Position numbers and translations under genes: made by a program | From: Thalia democratica | Lineage: Eukaryota | Direction of reading: 5' to 3' | Length of the DNA stretch: 64,000 nucleotides | Assembly (NCBI GenBank): GCA_965202585.1 | Contig: OZ241832.1 | Location: 52,328,001-52,392,000 of the forward strand | Notes under the pieces: generated by a model | Databases searched by the model: none | What the model was told of the DNA's origin: nothing | The model's input: the letters and a program-made list of their open reading frames with translations, nothing else | Shown: in pieces, positions 63,001 through 64,000 of the stretch | How positions within the stretch are numbered: position 1 is the stretch's first letter | Layout of the letters: every line of letters begins with the position of its first letter

Positions 63001-64000
63001 TCTATCATTGTAAGCTAGATCTATGAACTCTTTTATAGTTGTCTTTAAACTTCGCAAAAGATTAATATCCCACTTAGTTAATTCTCCGGTATTGATAAGT
63101 GCATTTACTAATTTATCAAGATGCGGGTTTGTCTCATCCCAAACATTCTTCAAAACACTCACAATGCGTTCATGCAAGTCGCAAACTGACTGGCTTCCGT
63201 CGAAAACCCTTGCAAACGTAGTTACCAGTTTTTGAACTGCAGGAGTGGTATCCCGGAGTACAGAGCGCAAAAATTCAAACAGATGTTCAATTTCGTAACT
63301 GCTTTCTTCGTCAAGCTCTCCTAGATCTTGTATCAGTTGCTTGATTTCGGGGATGAGGCGGTCAATTATTATGTCCCACAAGTCTCCCACCACTTCGGCT
63401 TCGCTCATTTTTACTCGACCGGACTTCAGGGCGAACTTCGCGAAATCTTCGACAGTTGGCGCAGAACGGCTTGCAAGCATTTTCACAAAACTCATTATGC
63501 CTCTTATGTCTTCGATAGGGTTACTATGGTGTTCTCCTTCATCCAAATGCTCATCATTCCAATGATCATCATTAGAATTTTCAATATCCCAATGTCCATC
63601 AGTAGAATGTACACTAGAATCCCAATGTTTATCACTAGAATGTTGATCATCCCAATGGTCATCATCACTAAAATGTTCTCTATTATCCCAATTTTCTTGG
63701 CGTTTCAAACGGTTTTCACCACCTATGTCTTCATCATCATTAAAGTGTTCCCAATCACCGCTATTATGTTCTTCGTCACTACTATGGTGTTCTCCGTCTC
63801 CATTATGATGTTCTCTGTCTCCATTATGGTGTTCTCTGTCTCCACTATGATGTTCTCCGTCTCCGCTATAATGCTCTTTGTGATCATTGTGTTCTTCCTC
63901 ACTCATGTTCGCCAGCATTATCAACAATTCTTCCACTCTCGGAATCAAATCACTGAGCACCATCTCGGCCACATTCGCTATCAGTTTAGAGTCGTCGATG
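48015..64000 (-). CDS. GPI-anchored otoancorin/stereocilin/mesothelin-family protein, 5' end outside the window. Exons in transcript order: >64000-58698, 58553-58384, 58235-58083, 57850-57708, 57363-57239, 56982-56885, 56664-56526, 56461-56216, 56013-55977, 55708-55573, 55362-55210, 54811-54606, 54404-54233, 54161-54022, 53952-53814, 53660-53535, 53472-53284, 53221-53024, 52966-52823, 52761-52582, 52521-52388, 52328-52187, 52064-51916, 51848-51701, 51621-51453, 51314-51139, 50862-50710, 50641-50499, 50396-50260, 49856-49759, 49240-49123, 49019-48423, 48091-48015
   Basis: All exons join in phase through GT-AG. Repeated helical motifs LGQLVCDMP, LGPLLCGS, AGHILCAA, W(T/S)xEQ are typical of the family; RRRKR furin site; S/T/E-rich stalk; hydrophobic C-terminal GPI signal ASGFTIVPSAIINTLLICLVAAHNM*. 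Confidence 0.82.
48560..48985 (-). repeat. Coding tandem repeats in the mucin-like stalk: 57-nt x3 (EVSEETEAISSEEDFADSA) and 27-nt x4-5 (VEEEATDKS)
   Basis: Visible in the DNA and in ORF 48379-49161. Confidence 0.9.
54865..55038. mobile_element. Probable small MITE remnant in an intron
   Basis: Repeated ATCCGGATC motifs, ending TTCGGTAACT; GC-rich relative to the intron. Confidence 0.35.
58860..59150 (-). repeat. Coding His/Asp/Trp-rich repeats (DWNDDHKEHHAKEEHS-type)
   Basis: Near-exact duplicated block at the 3' end of the giant exon. Confidence 0.9.
61402..62085 (-). repeat. Six 114-nt (38-aa) tandem coding repeats DGSSNKEASTSGSDGQESAEKPKPNIGSSVNGNQESSF
   Basis: CCATCAAAACTGG recurs at 61511, 61625, 61739 and onward with period 114. 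Confidence 0.95.
63541..63900 (-). repeat. Coding His/Asp/Trp repeats: 21-nt HHxGDxE units and ~10-aa DxHWD units
   Basis: HYSGDGE HHSGDRE HHNGDRE HHNGDGE; DDHWD, DKHWD, DGHWD, DDHWN. Confidence 0.9.

Noticed and set aside
58845-63565. Short ORFs overlapping the giant exon (Met/Ile-rich and others)
   Set aside because: Other-frame readings of the His/Asp repeats and antisense shadows.

Overview
AT-rich animal (eukaryotic) genomic DNA with GC-richer exons and GT-AG introns. I saw no rRNA, tRNA or CRISPR locus. Left end: three co-oriented minus-strand housekeeping genes (TMEM64, intronless RBM19, intronless CHMP6), each with a 3' splice-acceptor-like AG just before its start. 9-22 kb: a graveyard of DNA transposons (hAT-like elements with 6-bp TSDs, Charlie-like hAT, Kolobok-like, MULE-like MITE). 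About 24.0-41.2 kb is the most striking feature: a hierarchically amplified non-coding array of about 39 related ~85-nt hairpins with pri-miRNA-like architecture (22-bp upper stem, basal stem, basal UG, apical UGU in several copies, G:U asymmetry favouring the + strand). They sit in groups between 11 copies of a ~160-185-nt exon-like unit, which suggests an undescribed intronic miRNA mega-cluster in a spliced non-coding host gene. Further right: a Penelope remnant with two inverted minimal hammerhead ribozymes; a 3-exon secreted tandem Cu/Zn-SOD-like gene broken by three frameshifts; and a ~26-exon minus-strand GPI-anchored otoancorin/stereocilin/mesothelin-family gene with a >5.3-kb exon of His/Asp/Trp and 38-aa repeats that runs off the window end. 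All homology and folding calls were made by eye; no searches were run.
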